Shown here: positions 42,009 to 51,511 of the stretch, one piece after another | How the letters are laid out: every line of letters starts with the position of its first letter | How positions within the stretch are numbered: the first letter of the stretch is position 1 | Origin: Microcoleus sp. | GTDB taxonomy: Bacteria > Cyanobacteriota > Cyanobacteriia > Cyanobacteriales > Microcoleaceae | DNA length: 64,000 nucleotides | Assembly (NCBI GenBank): GCA_042408215.1 | Contig: JAYFMW010000006.1 | Span: 896,001 to 960,000, forward strand | Reading direction: 5' to 3' | The notes under the pieces: model-generated | The model's input: only the letters and a program-made list of their open reading frames with translations | Databases searched by the model: none | What the model was told of the DNA's origin: nothing | Translations under genes and position numbers: made by a program

Positions 42009-42883
42009 AATCAACCACGAAATATTCTTACTATCCCGGATGTAGTCTGCATACCACAGCTAAAGAGTTTGATATCTCAACTAGAGTGGTAATGCAGGAA
42101 TTAGGAATTGAACTAGAAGACCTCAAAGACTGGTCTTGTTGTGGCGGTTCCATCGCGGCGAGTGTTTCTCACGATGTTGGTATGGCAATGGCGGCGAGAA
42201 ATGTCGCTTTAGCCCAAAAACAAAATCTCGATTTATTAGCATCTTGTTCGGGGTGTTACAACAAGTCAGCAAGGGCGCTGAAGGCATTAAAAGAACCCAC
42301 CGAAAAAGATAGAATTATGGCTATTATGTCGGATATGGGGATCGATGTTTCTGACTATAACATCCGGGTCAGAAATGTGGTGGATGTGTTAGTAAATGAT
42401 GTGGATATTGCCTCGCGAGTAAAAAAGCCATTAACAGGTTTAAAAGTTGCCTGTTATTATGGATGTCTGTTAACTAGACCGGCAGATATCACGGGTTGGG
42501 ATTCGCCGATGTTCCCGACATCAATGGATAGATTATCTGAAATTTGTGGGGCGGAAGTAGTAGATTTTCGATCGAAAACTAAGTGCTGCGGTGGCCCGAT
42601 TCTGGTATCCAAAGAAGAGGTCGCGTTTGACCTTACGAAGAAACTCTTGGATGAGGCCCAATCTCTGGGTGCAGATTGTATTGTTTTGGCTTGTCCGTTG
42701 TGCGACACTAACCTAGAACTGCGCCAGTCGGATATCGAGAAAAAATACAACGTTTCTTACAATTTGCCAATTCTCTATATCACCGAAATCATCGGATTGG
42801 CTTTAGGAATGAAACCGAGTAAATTGGGGATGAACAAGCACATTGTTTCAGCACAACCCGTCCTCAAAAAATTGGGTTTATAA
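42005..42883 (+). CDS. hdrB: Heterodisulfide reductase subunit B-like (HdrB2)
   Basis: YYPGCSL, WSCCG, CSGC, YYGCLL, KCCGG, ACPLC. ATGA overlap with hdrC2. Confidence 0.9.
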   Translation: MKSTTKYSYYPGCSLHTTAKEFDISTRVVMQELGIELEDLKDWSCCGGSIAASVSHDVGMAMAARNVALAQKQNLDLLASCSGCYNKSARALKALKEPTEKDRIMAIMSDMGIDVSDYNIRVRNVVDVLVNDVDIASRVKKPLTGLKVACYYGCLLTRPADITGWDSPMFPTSMDRLSEICGAEVVDFRSKTKCCGGPILVSKEEVAFDLTKKLLDEAQSLGADCIVLACPLCDTNLELRQSDIEKKYNVSYNLPILYITEIIGLALGMKPSKLGMNKHIVSAQPVLKKLGL

Positions 42884-42892
42884 ACCATAAAA

Positions 42893-43188
42893 ATGAAACG
42901 TAAACAGCCAATAAATTTAACGATTTATCTTCGAGCAATTGTGACTTTAGGACTTTTAAGTGCTTGGAGTTTAGTCACATTCACCGGATTTCTGCTGTGG
43001 TTGATTCCCCGGGTCAAAAGGTAGGTCATGGCTTTCTATTTTGGGGATTAACCAGACATGGATGGGGTGATATTCATTTCATCATTAGCTTAGTTGCCTT
43101 CGGTTTGACCGTGATTCATATTATCCTGTATTGGCGAGCTTTAAGCAAATTAGTTCGATATTTAATCACGGTTCATACTTCTCTCTAA
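42893..43188 (+). pseudogene. DUF4405-like small membrane protein, frameshift at about 43010
   Basis: MKRKQP...FTGFLLWLIPR then (G)QKVGHGFLFWGLTRHGWGDIH in another frame. One G is missing in CCCCGGG, which may be a sequencing error. Confidence 0.65.
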
Positions 43189-43204
43189 CTTCGAGCTTGA
43201 CATT

Positions 43205-43759
43205 ATGAACAACTACAAACTCCAGAGAAACAATCATAGTACAGTTGTGAAGTGGGTTATAGCAGGAATTATAATCATCAGTAATGGCATCGTTTTTTCC
43301 TGCTTTTCCCCTTTAAAAGCACTGTCTCAAACTTCCTTAGACACTAAGACGCAACAGGCAATGATTGACGCGATTAATGATGAGTATCGCTCCAGAGCAT
43401 TGTATGATGCTGTCCTGCAAAAATTTGGGTCTCTCCGCCCTTTTAGCAACATTGTCCAAGCGGAAAATAACCATGTTAATCTTTGGATTTCCTTGTTTGC
43501 TAAGTATGGAATGGCTGTACCGACGGATTCTTTTGCCGGCAAAATGTCGGTTCCTAATACCTTACAAGCGGCCTGTCAAGCTGGGGTTGAAAATGAAATT
43601 GCTAACGTGCAAATGTACGATCGCTTTTTAGGTTTTGTCACCCAGCCAGATTTGCAGGCAGCTTTTACCCAACTGCGCCAAGTCTCTCAGGAAAAGCATT
43701 TAGCCGCCTTCCAGCGCTGTCATAATCGACCTGGTGTCGGTCAAGGTCGCAATTTTTAG
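43205..43759 (+). CDS. Exported/anchored ferritin-like (DUF2202-like) protein
   Basis: N-terminal hydrophobic segment; DEYRSRALY, AENNH, EIANVQMY, SQEKHLAAF. Confidence 0.75.
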   Translation: MNNYKLQRNNHSTVVKWVIAGIIIISNGIVFSCFSPLKALSQTSLDTKTQQAMIDAINDEYRSRALYDAVLQKFGSLRPFSNIVQAENNHVNLWISLFAKYGMAVPTDSFAGKMSVPNTLQAACQAGVENEIANVQMYDRFLGFVTQPDLQAAFTQLRQVSQEKHLAAFQRCHNRPGVGQGRNF

Positions 43760-43850
43760 TGATGACATGATTGTTCAAAACCGACTCAAATTTTAGCTTT
43801 TGATCGAATCGATCGGAAAAAATCTCTGTTCATTTAAACCAGTAATTATC

Positions 43851-44057
43851 ATGTTTAGCAATGTGGGAAGCCCAGATCGAATCGTTCGCTTTTTATTAGC
43901 AGCAATTCTGCTTTACAGGGGTTTGAGTATTTACCAAGGTACTGCCTTGGGAATTGGATTAGATATTGCCTCAGCTTTGCTGGCTTTCAGCGCTTTGTTT
44001 GGCTTTTGTGGCATCTATCGCGTGCTGGGGATTAGCACTTGCAAATCTCCCAACTGA
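43851..44057 (+). CDS. DUF2892 (YgaP-like) membrane protein
   Basis: NVGSPDRIVR...GFCGIYRVLGISTC. Confidence 0.8.
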   Translation: MFSNVGSPDRIVRFLLAAILLYRGLSIYQGTALGIGLDIASALLAFSALFGFCGIYRVLGISTCKSPN

Positions 44058-44111
44058 CTTGTGTAATTTTCCGTTAAATTCCGACAACTATCAACACTCT
44101 AAAAAACAATA

Positions 44112-44645
44112 ATGGATAATAGTTTTCCTCTCGAAAGTCCTTCCATGTCTCGCCGACAGTTGCTCAATTTTCTAACTGGTACTGTCGTTGCATCTACTGC
44201 CGGTGCCGCACTTTATCCAGTCGTGAAATATTTTATCCCCCCATCAGAAAGCAGCGAAGGGGGAGCGATTATCGCCAAAGATATCTTAGGAAATCCCATT
44301 CCCGCCAGCCAAATTTTAGCCGAACCTGTGGGAACTCGCGCTTTAGTGGCGGGGTTAGCTGGCGAACCTACTTACTTAATTGTTCAAAAAGATAGTATGA
44401 TCGATCCGGTGGGAATTGTTGATAACTGCACCCATTTAGGCTGTACTTTTCCTTGGAATGGAACTGACCAAGAATTTCAATGTCCCTGTCATGGTTCTCG
44501 CTACAGTGCTGACGGTTCTGTATTACGGGGCCCGGCTCCTCTGCCTCTAAAATTAGTTAATGTTGCCGTCAAAGAAAATGCCATTTTGATTTCTCCTTGG
44601 ACAGAAATTGACCCCCGCACCGGCGAAACTCCTTGGTGGGTTTAA
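44112..44645 (+). CDS. petC: Cytochrome b6f Rieske iron-sulfur subunit paralog
   Basis: Tat-like SRRQLLN, CTHLGC and CPCHGS boxes, GPAPLPL, C-terminal PWW. Confidence 0.92.
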   Translation: MDNSFPLESPSMSRRQLLNFLTGTVVASTAGAALYPVVKYFIPPSESSEGGAIIAKDILGNPIPASQILAEPVGTRALVAGLAGEPTYLIVQKDSMIDPVGIVDNCTHLGCTFPWNGTDQEFQCPCHGSRYSADGSVLRGPAPLPLKLVNVAVKENAILISPWTEIDPRTGETPWWV

Positions 44646-44694
44646 ATCCAGGAATTGAACAACAAATAAAATCATCAACAACCGGAAAAAATAG

Positions 44695-45138
44695 ATGTTT
44701 CAAAGCGTCACTGAATCCCTAGCTATTGGTAATGTTACCTCATCGGAAGAACTGAGCGAAATTTACCAAAAAGGCTACCGGACAATCATCGATTTATGTA
44801 CCGCGGCAGAAGGAAACCAACTCAATGCAGAGGAAGTTAAACAACTAGGGTTTGATTATATCAGCTTACCCGTTGATAGACAAAACCTCAAACCGGAAAT
44901 TCTGCAAGGATTTATGCAGGCTGTTGATTCCCAGAACCAGCCCATTTATACCCGCTGTGCATCAGGTTTGCGAGCGGGAGTAATGACTCTATTAACTTTA
45001 GCAAATCAAGAAAATTGGACGGAACAGCAGTATTTAGAACATCGGCAAGCTTTGGGAATAGAACACAAGCCGAATTGTCCTTTAGAAGCCTTTGCTCATG
45101 AGTATTTTATCAACTCACAAAATCAAGTTAAATCTTAG
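44695..45138 (+). CDS. DUF442/PTP-like putative sulfurtransferase
   Basis: GYRTIIDL and the CASGLRAG active-site loop. Confidence 0.7.
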   Translation: MFQSVTESLAIGNVTSSEELSEIYQKGYRTIIDLCTAAEGNQLNAEEVKQLGFDYISLPVDRQNLKPEILQGFMQAVDSQNQPIYTRCASGLRAGVMTLLTLANQENWTEQQYLEHRQALGIEHKPNCPLEAFAHEYFINSQNQVKS

Positions 45139-45149
45139 GAGGATTTGCC

Positions 45150-45656
45150 ATGAAAATCGCTGTAGCTAGTCAAAATAAAACAGCTATCACGGAACACGCC
45201 GGACATTGCCGTAAGTTTTGGATTTACGAAACCAACGCAACAGAAATTCTGGGAAAGCAACTTTTGGAATTATCTCCAGAACAATCTTTTCATAACAGTT
45301 CTGGCGACGAACCCCATCCTTTAGATGATGTGCAGGTTTTGATTTCTGGAGGTATGGGACGCGGTTTGGTGCGACGAATGGAACGAAAAGGAATTGAAGC
45401 CGTTATCACCAAAGAAACCGATTTAGAGAAAGCGGTAAGTGCCTATCTTGATGGTTCTTTAGTTAGGGGAGAACCGGAATGTCACGAACATGAAGGTGAA
45501 CAAAAGCATGAAGGTGAACACAAGCATGAACACAAGCATGAACACAAGCATGAAGGTGAACAAAAGCATGAAGGTGAACACAAGCAGGAAGGTGAACATA
45601 AGCATCAACATCGCCATCAACACGGTCATCAAGGCGAATCTAAGAGTGCCGTGTAA
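45150..45656 (+). CDS. NifB/NifX-family (FeMo-co/Fe-S binding) protein with His/Glu/Lys-rich tail
   Basis: MKIAVAS...HAGHCRKF...LISGGMG, followed by a tail of HEGEQK/HKHE repeats. Confidence 0.8.
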   Translation: MKIAVASQNKTAITEHAGHCRKFWIYETNATEILGKQLLELSPEQSFHNSSGDEPHPLDDVQVLISGGMGRGLVRRMERKGIEAVITKETDLEKAVSAYLDGSLVRGEPECHEHEGEQKHEGEHKHEHKHEHKHEGEQKHEGEHKQEGEHKHQHRHQHGHQGESKSAV

Positions 45657-45735
45657 TTCCCGTTATTACTGCTAGTTGGGTAGGGTGCGTGGCAGCCACG
45701 CACCCTACTATTGATGTTCATCTACTAATACAATT

Positions 45736-46191
45736 ATGTGGGCAAGTTCGATTACAGCTTATTTCCATTACTTAGGCTTCATGGTAGCTTTTGCGGCTCT
45801 CACAGTCGAGATTTTTAACTTCAAAAAAGAAATGACCCTTGATGAAGCTAAAAGAGTTGCTTTTGCCGATGCTGCTTATGGGATAGCTGCTACGGCAATT
45901 CTAATCACAGGGGTGTTGAGAGTTCTCTATTTTGGCAAGGGAACGGATTACTATTTAAATAATCCATTTTTCTATGCTAAAATGGGTGTGTTTATCCTCG
46001 TCAGTTTATTTTCCCTGTATCCAACATTTACCTTTATATCGTGGTTTAAAGACTTACAAAGTGGTCAAACTCCCCGATTAGAAATTGACCAAGTAAACCG
46101 ACTATCTTGGCTGATTAAAGGGGAATTATTCTGTTTTACTTTATTGCCACTGCTCGCAGCAGTTATGGCGAGAATTACCGGGTGGAGTTAA
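45736..46191 (+). CDS. DUF2214 family membrane protein
   Basis: AYFHY, DAAYG, TGVLR..KGTDYY..NPFFYAK, SLYPT, AAVMAR. Confidence 0.8.
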   Translation: MWASSITAYFHYLGFMVAFAALTVEIFNFKKEMTLDEAKRVAFADAAYGIAATAILITGVLRVLYFGKGTDYYLNNPFFYAKMGVFILVSLFSLYPTFTFISWFKDLQSGQTPRLEIDQVNRLSWLIKGELFCFTLLPLLAAVMARITGWS

Positions 46192-46203
46192 GGGAGAAAA
46201 ATT

Positions 46204-47208
46204 ATGCAGCTTTCCAAAAACAATCTACAAGAAAGACAAAACCAAATCTACGATGTCATTGTCATTGGTGGGGGTGCGGGAGGACTTTCGGCTGGTATTT
46301 ACTTGCAACGATATCGCCTTTCTAGCTTAATTATTGATAAAGGCAAAGCGCGGTCTTTTTGGATGCAAGAATTGCACAATTATTTAGGTTTGCCTCCCGA
46401 CACTCCGGGGCGAGTTTTGTTACAACGAGGAAAAGAACATTATGACAGTTTAAATGGTGATTTTCTCAATGGTTTTGTTGAAGAAGTTGTAGACGAGGGA
46501 GAAACCTTTGCTGTCAAGGTTAAAGTCGGTCGTCAAAATAGTAGTGAGGCTGTTTTTCGGTCAAAATACTTAATAGCTGCAAGCGGAATTATCGACCATT
46601 TACCGCCTTTAGATGATCTGCGGAATGTTTTCGAATATGCCGGTTATAACTTGCACGTTTGTATGGTATGCGACGGGTATGAAATGACTGACAAAAAATG
46701 CGGTTTCTTTGCAGGTAGTGAAGCAGCTATTGAGGAAATGGTGTTTAATTTAAGTTGGTTTACGCCCTATATTACTGTCTTTACTCATGGAGTGTTTACT
46801 GTCAGCGAACCCCTGAAAGCTAAACTGCGAGAACATGGTTATCCCCTTGTAGAAACACCGATTAAACAATTTCTAGGTCAAAATCACCAAATGACAGGGG
46901 TTGAGTTAGCAGATGGAGCAATAATAGAGTTAGAAACTGGCTTAATTTCAATGGGTTCTCGCTATCACAATACCTATCTCAAGGGAATTAACTTAGAAGT
47001 CAAAGGTAACAATTTACTTACTGATAAAATGTGCCAAACTTCTCACCCCAGAATTTTTGCGATCGGGGATTTAAAAGTAGGGTTAAATCAAGTTATAATA
47101 GCAGCAGGAGATGGCGCTTTAGCGGCTACGGCAATTTGGCGAGAAATCCGTCGTGCAGCAGGAGCTAAACCTTGGGTTGAAAATCTCCCTGCTGTGACAA
47201 ATGGATAA
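46204..47208 (+). CDS. Thioredoxin-reductase-like FAD/NAD(P) oxidoreductase
   Basis: GGGAGG, CMVCDG, TSHPRIFAIGD, QVIIAAGDG. Confidence 0.85.
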   Translation: MQLSKNNLQERQNQIYDVIVIGGGAGGLSAGIYLQRYRLSSLIIDKGKARSFWMQELHNYLGLPPDTPGRVLLQRGKEHYDSLNGDFLNGFVEEVVDEGETFAVKVKVGRQNSSEAVFRSKYLIAASGIIDHLPPLDDLRNVFEYAGYNLHVCMVCDGYEMTDKKCGFFAGSEAAIEEMVFNLSWFTPYITVFTHGVFTVSEPLKAKLREHGYPLVETPIKQFLGQNHQMTGVELADGAIIELETGLISMGSRYHNTYLKGINLEVKGNNLLTDKMCQTSHPRIFAIGDLKVGLNQVIIAAGDGALAATAIWREIRRAAGAKPWVENLPAVTNG

Positions 47209-49537
47209 TATTATGGCTGAAGATATTCGCGATCGCAAAATCACTGAAATCCCCCTTGCGGAAGCTACCAAGCAACTACAAAGAGAAATTAAACAACGGG
47301 AAAAAGCCGAAGCACAACTGAAACAACAAGAGCAAAAGTTATCACTGTTGTTCAATCAAACTGCTTTAGCCGCCATTGAATGGAATGCCAATTTAGAAGT
47401 TATCGCTTGGAATTCCGCCGCCGAAAAGGTGTTCGGTTGGAGTGTCACCGAAATGCTAAGTCTTCAGGCCTCCGATTTAATCTTACCCCAAAAAGTCAAA
47501 CCGCGAGAAATTCCAATTATTAAAGAGCCACTGACATCAATTGGCGGGACGCACAATATTAATGAAAATGTCACAAAAGATGGCAAATTAATTATTTGTG
47601 AGTGGCACAATACGCCGTTAGTCGATGAAGAAGGAAATATTATCGGTATTTTTTCCTTGGTGAATGACATTACGGAACGCTGGAAAATAAGAGAAGCGTT
47701 GCGGGAAAAAGAGGAGTTTTTACGCAGTATCTACGAAGGGGTAGATTATCCTATTTTCGTGATAGATGTAGATGCTCACGGAACTTACCGTTGCGCCGAT
47801 CTGAATCCAGTTGCTAAAAATATTTTTGGCATAAATTTAGATGAAATTCCAGCGGTGTTAAGTCCAGAATTATTTCTAAGAGAACTAGCAAAAGGTGGTC
47901 TGCATTCCTCGGATAAATGCGTTCATCACGGACAGACAATTCAATATGAAAAAGTCTTGAATATAGAGGAAAAAAAGACTTGGTGGTTAACAGTAATAAC
48001 ACCCCTAAAGGATATTGATGGACGCATTTATAGGTTAGTCGGAACTTGTACTAATATTACGCAACGCAAACAATTCGAGTCAGCTTTACAACAGTCGGAA
48101 ACCAGATATAGACAACTGGCACAGCGAGAATCTATGCTCAATTGTATGGCCAGTCAAATTCGCGCTTCCCTTGATTTTAATACTGTTGTAGAAACGGCGG
48201 TACAAGAACTTTATCAAGTGTTGCAGTTGGAAAGATGTGCCTTCAGATTATATTTACCAGAAGCTATTCCCCCAGTAGCTGAAGTGATCGCGGAAGCGAA
48301 AAAAACAGACTTACCTTCCTTAAAAGGGAATCGAGTTCCCACTGCCGAAATTGCCCCGTTAATTGCTAAGATTACACGCAAAGAAGTTACCAGAATCGAA
48401 GATACTCTAACTCTAGAAGATCCCGTAGAAAGACAATTTTTTCTTGAGACTTTAGACTATCGTGCTGTCGTGTTTATACCTGTTCACACTCAGTCAGGTA
48501 AAATGGGTGCAATTAGTTGCAGTCATAGTAGTAAAACCCGATGTTGGAGTGATAGTGAAGTACAACTATTAGAAAGGGTTGCGGATCAACTCGCGATCGC
48601 TTTAACTCAAGCAGAATTATACGAACAAAGTCGAGCGATCGCGGATTCTGAAGCCAATAAAGCCTTAGAATTGCAAGAGGCTTTGCTGAAATTGCAACAC
48701 ACCCAAACTCAACTGATCCAACAGGAAAAAATGTCCAGTTTGGGACAACTGGTAGCGGGAGTCGCCCATGAAATTAATAACCCAGTTAGCTTTATTTACG
48801 GCAATATTACCCCCGCGAAAACTTATATAGAAGATTTGCTTAATCTCGTGGAGCTTTATCAGGAATCCTATCCCAATCCCACCCCTGAGATTCAAACAGA
48901 ATTGGCAGAAATTGATTGGGAGTTTATGCAGAAAGACTTTCCTAGTCTGCTCGATTCTATGAAAACTGGTGCAGAGCGGATTCGACAAATTGTCCAATCC
49001 TTGCGTAACTTTTCCCGACTAGACGAAGCCGAGATCAAACCTGTTGATTTGCATGAAAGTATTGACAGCGTTCTATTAATTCTGGAAAATCGGTTAAAAG
49101 CTAATTTAGAACGTCCGGCTATCCAGGTAGTTAAAGAATATGGCAACCTGCCTTTAGTTGAGTGCTATGCAGTCGAAATCAACCAAGTTTTTATGAATCT
49201 ACTTCTGAATGCCATTGATGCTTTAGAAGAAGTTCCGTTGAAGCAGCCAAGGATTCGGATTGTTACGGAAGTATGGGAAACCGAAGAATTAGCGATTCGC
49301 CTTATTGATAATGGAGTGGGGATTCCAGCAGAGATAAAAAAGCGAATTTTTGACCCATTTTTTACCACAAAAATTGTAGGAAAAGGAACGGGTTTAGGAT
49401 TGTCGGTTGTGTACAAAATTATCGAAAAACATGGAGGAACTATAGAATGTATTTCCGCCGATGAAAAAGTAACGGAGTTTGCGATCAAAATTCCCCAATT
49501 TCTCAAAAAAATCACCCTGAATACACCCATTGACTAA
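47201..49537 (+). CDS. PAS-PAS-GAF sensor histidine kinase
   Basis: WNSAAEKVFG PAS, GAF, GVAHEINNP H-box, NAIDA, DNGVGI, GKGTGLGL. Confidence 0.92.
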   Translation: MDNIMAEDIRDRKITEIPLAEATKQLQREIKQREKAEAQLKQQEQKLSLLFNQTALAAIEWNANLEVIAWNSAAEKVFGWSVTEMLSLQASDLILPQKVKPREIPIIKEPLTSIGGTHNINENVTKDGKLIICEWHNTPLVDEEGNIIGIFSLVNDITERWKIREALREKEEFLRSIYEGVDYPIFVIDVDAHGTYRCADLNPVAKNIFGINLDEIPAVLSPELFLRELAKGGLHSSDKCVHHGQTIQYEKVLNIEEKKTWWLTVITPLKDIDGRIYRLVGTCTNITQRKQFESALQQSETRYRQLAQRESMLNCMASQIRASLDFNTVVETAVQELYQVLQLERCAFRLYLPEAIPPVAEVIAEAKKTDLPSLKGNRVPTAEIAPLIAKITRKEVTRIEDTLTLEDPVERQFFLETLDYRAVVFIPVHTQSGKMGAISCSHSSKTRCWSDSEVQLLERVADQLAIALTQAELYEQSRAIADSEANKALELQEALLKLQHTQTQLIQQEKMSSLGQLVAGVAHEINNPVSFIYGNITPAKTYIEDLLNLVELYQESYPNPTPEIQTELAEIDWEFMQKDFPSLLDSMKTGAERIRQIVQSLRNFSRLDEAEIKPVDLHESIDSVLLILENRLKANLERPAIQVVKEYGNLPLVECYAVEINQVFMNLLLNAIDALEEVPLKQPRIRIVTEVWETEELAIRLIDNGVGIPAEIKKRIFDPFFTTKIVGKGTGLGLSVVYKIIEKHGGTIECISADEKVTEFAIKIPQFLKKITLNTPID

Positions 49538-49541
49538 TGCT

Positions 49542-50369
49542 ATGAAAACCTCGTTTATCCTCACTGTTTTAGTGGAAAATACCTCTTCCGGTAGAGGATT
49601 ATTGGGAGAACATGGACTATCTTATCTAATAGAAGCCGGTGAGTACCGAATTTTATTCGATACAGGACAAGGATTGGCATTACAACATAATGCTAAAGAG
49701 TTGGGAATTTCTTTACATAATTTAGATGCTGTTGTCCTCAGTCATGGTCATTACGATCGTGCAGGTGGTTTAATCACAGTATTAGATGAATGTCATCTCA
49801 CCAAATTATTCCTGCATCCATCGGCACTGCCACCCAAATTTAGCAATCGAGGTGATATTGGTTCTCCTATCCAAGATAAAGATACTCTGGAAAAGAAATT
49901 TCGCCAGTTAATTTGGACAGATAAACCAACAGAAATTATCCCTGGAGTTTATGTAACTGGTACTATTCCTCGACTTCATCCTTTGGAGGATACGGGGGGT
50001 GATTTTTGGCAAGATTCCCAGCATGATCGAGTTGATTTACTCTTAGATGATCAAGCGTTATTTATTGATTCACCAGAGGGTTTAGTGGTGGTTTTAGGGT
50101 GCGCTCATGCGGGAGTAATTAACACTCTAAATTACATTGCACAAATTACTGGAAAAGACAAGTTTTATGCTATAATTGGGGGAATGCACCTTTTGAATGC
50201 TAGTCGCGATCGCCTGCAAGCAACGGCAGAAACCTTGACCAAATATGACGTGCAAATAATAGGTGCTAACCACTGCACAGGAATGACCGCCATAGCTTTT
50301 TTGTGGCATCAGTTGGCGGGAAAGTGTATCAGTTGCTCCGTTGGTACTCGCTTAAAATTTGGCATTTAA
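49542..50369 (+). CDS. MBL-fold metallo-hydrolase
   Basis: EHGLS, LFDTG, SHGHYD, GCAHAG, GGMHL, HCTG. Confidence 0.88.
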   Translation: MKTSFILTVLVENTSSGRGLLGEHGLSYLIEAGEYRILFDTGQGLALQHNAKELGISLHNLDAVVLSHGHYDRAGGLITVLDECHLTKLFLHPSALPPKFSNRGDIGSPIQDKDTLEKKFRQLIWTDKPTEIIPGVYVTGTIPRLHPLEDTGGDFWQDSQHDRVDLLLDDQALFIDSPEGLVVVLGCAHAGVINTLNYIAQITGKDKFYAIIGGMHLLNASRDRLQATAETLTKYDVQIIGANHCTGMTAIAFLWHQLAGKCISCSVGTRLKFGI

Positions 50370-50412
50370 AAGCGGTAATTTGACGAGTTTATTTAGTTTT
50401 TAGGACAAAGAT

Positions 50413-50874
50413 ATGCGAAGAATTTTTCTAAAATTATTGCTGGGGATGTTATTATCTATTGGGATTTTGTCGATCGCGCCCATGCCAGTCATAGCCGCAG
50501 GTTCGATGCCCCAAGCGCTATCAGACGCGATCGATAATTTTTTGACTTCTCTTCCAAGCGATTATTACACTGTGATGAAGATCGAGAACCTTAAAGAGAA
50601 GATCAAAACTGATAATCCTCTATTAATTGATGTCAGACAGCCTGCTGAATACGCCTCTGGACACATTCCCAATGCCATTAATATCTCCTTGCAAACCTTA
50701 GCCGAAAATCTCGATAAAATTCCCAAAGATCGCCCTGTAGTTCTCTATTGCACAAGCGGCTATCGAACGGGAATGGGAGTTATGACTTTGGAAATGTTAG
50801 GATATACTAACGTGCAGGCTTTTCCTCCTAGCATTCAAGGTTGGAAAGCGGCGGGTGAACCTTTGGAAAAGTAG
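50413..50874 (+). CDS. Rhodanese-like sulfurtransferase with signal peptide
   Basis: IDVRQPAEYASGHIPNA and YCTSGYR, with an N-terminal signal. Confidence 0.88.
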   Translation: MRRIFLKLLLGMLLSIGILSIAPMPVIAAGSMPQALSDAIDNFLTSLPSDYYTVMKIENLKEKIKTDNPLLIDVRQPAEYASGHIPNAINISLQTLAENLDKIPKDRPVVLYCTSGYRTGMGVMTLEMLGYTNVQAFPPSIQGWKAAGEPLEK

Positions 50875-50968
50875 GATGTACTCACATCTTGCCAATAGAT
50901 CAACCTAAAAGCCTAGATTTTTCCTTAAGAAACCCGGTCGATCAGGTTAATGAAAAAGAGGAATACTT

Positions 50969-51511
50969 ATGCTCAGATGTCGTGTCAGAAAAATATTTTC
51001 CCGATTCCTATTGCTGGGAGCCTTAGTGTTGAGTGTATTCCTGGGGTTAGGAATAGTAACTACTCCCCATGCAGCCGCCGCAATTCGACAACTAGAAGAA
51101 GCACCAGGGCAAGTGGTTTATCAATCCCGACAAACCCTCCAAGATCAACAAGGAAATACCTGGCAGGCGATCGCGTTCAAACGCATTCGTCCTCATGGTA
51201 AAACGAGTTTGGAACTACGTTTAGTTGGTTTCCCCGGTGTGGCAGAAATCGCTCGCGCTCAACCCCTATTGTTGACTAATTCACTGGGTAAAACGCTGAC
51301 GGCTGCCGATGTTTCCAGCGATATTTTCACTGATGGAACCGCTCCCCAACCTAATGTAGGACAGTATGATATTCAGCCGTTGTTACCGCAGTTGCAGGCA
51401 GAAATTCCCCTAAAGTTGACGCTACCAACGCGAGGCGGTGAAGCGATTAATCTATCAGTTCCACCATCTTTTGTACAAGAGTGGCAAACTCTTTTTTATT
51501 CAAGAGAGTAA
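50969..51511 (+). CDS. DUF3122 family protein
   Basis: QSRQTLQDQQGNTWQAIAFKR...LRLVGFPG...NVGQYD. Confidence 0.75.
   Translation: MLRCRVRKIFSRFLLLGALVLSVFLGLGIVTTPHAAAAIRQLEEAPGQVVYQSRQTLQDQQGNTWQAIAFKRIRPHGKTSLELRLVGFPGVAEIARAQPLLLTNSLGKTLTAADVSSDIFTDGTAPQPNVGQYDIQPLLPQLQAEIPLKLTLPTRGGEAINLSVPPSFVQEWQTLFYSRE

Noticed and set aside
37474..42883. Methanogen-type bifurcating HdrABC-Mvh or Flx-Hdr
   Set aside because: HdrA lacks the ferredoxin domains, and there are no mvhD, flx or hydrogenase genes in the window.
45150..45656. Nitrogen fixation cluster
   Set aside because: Only a stand-alone NifB/NifX-family domain is present, with no nifHDK/ENB.
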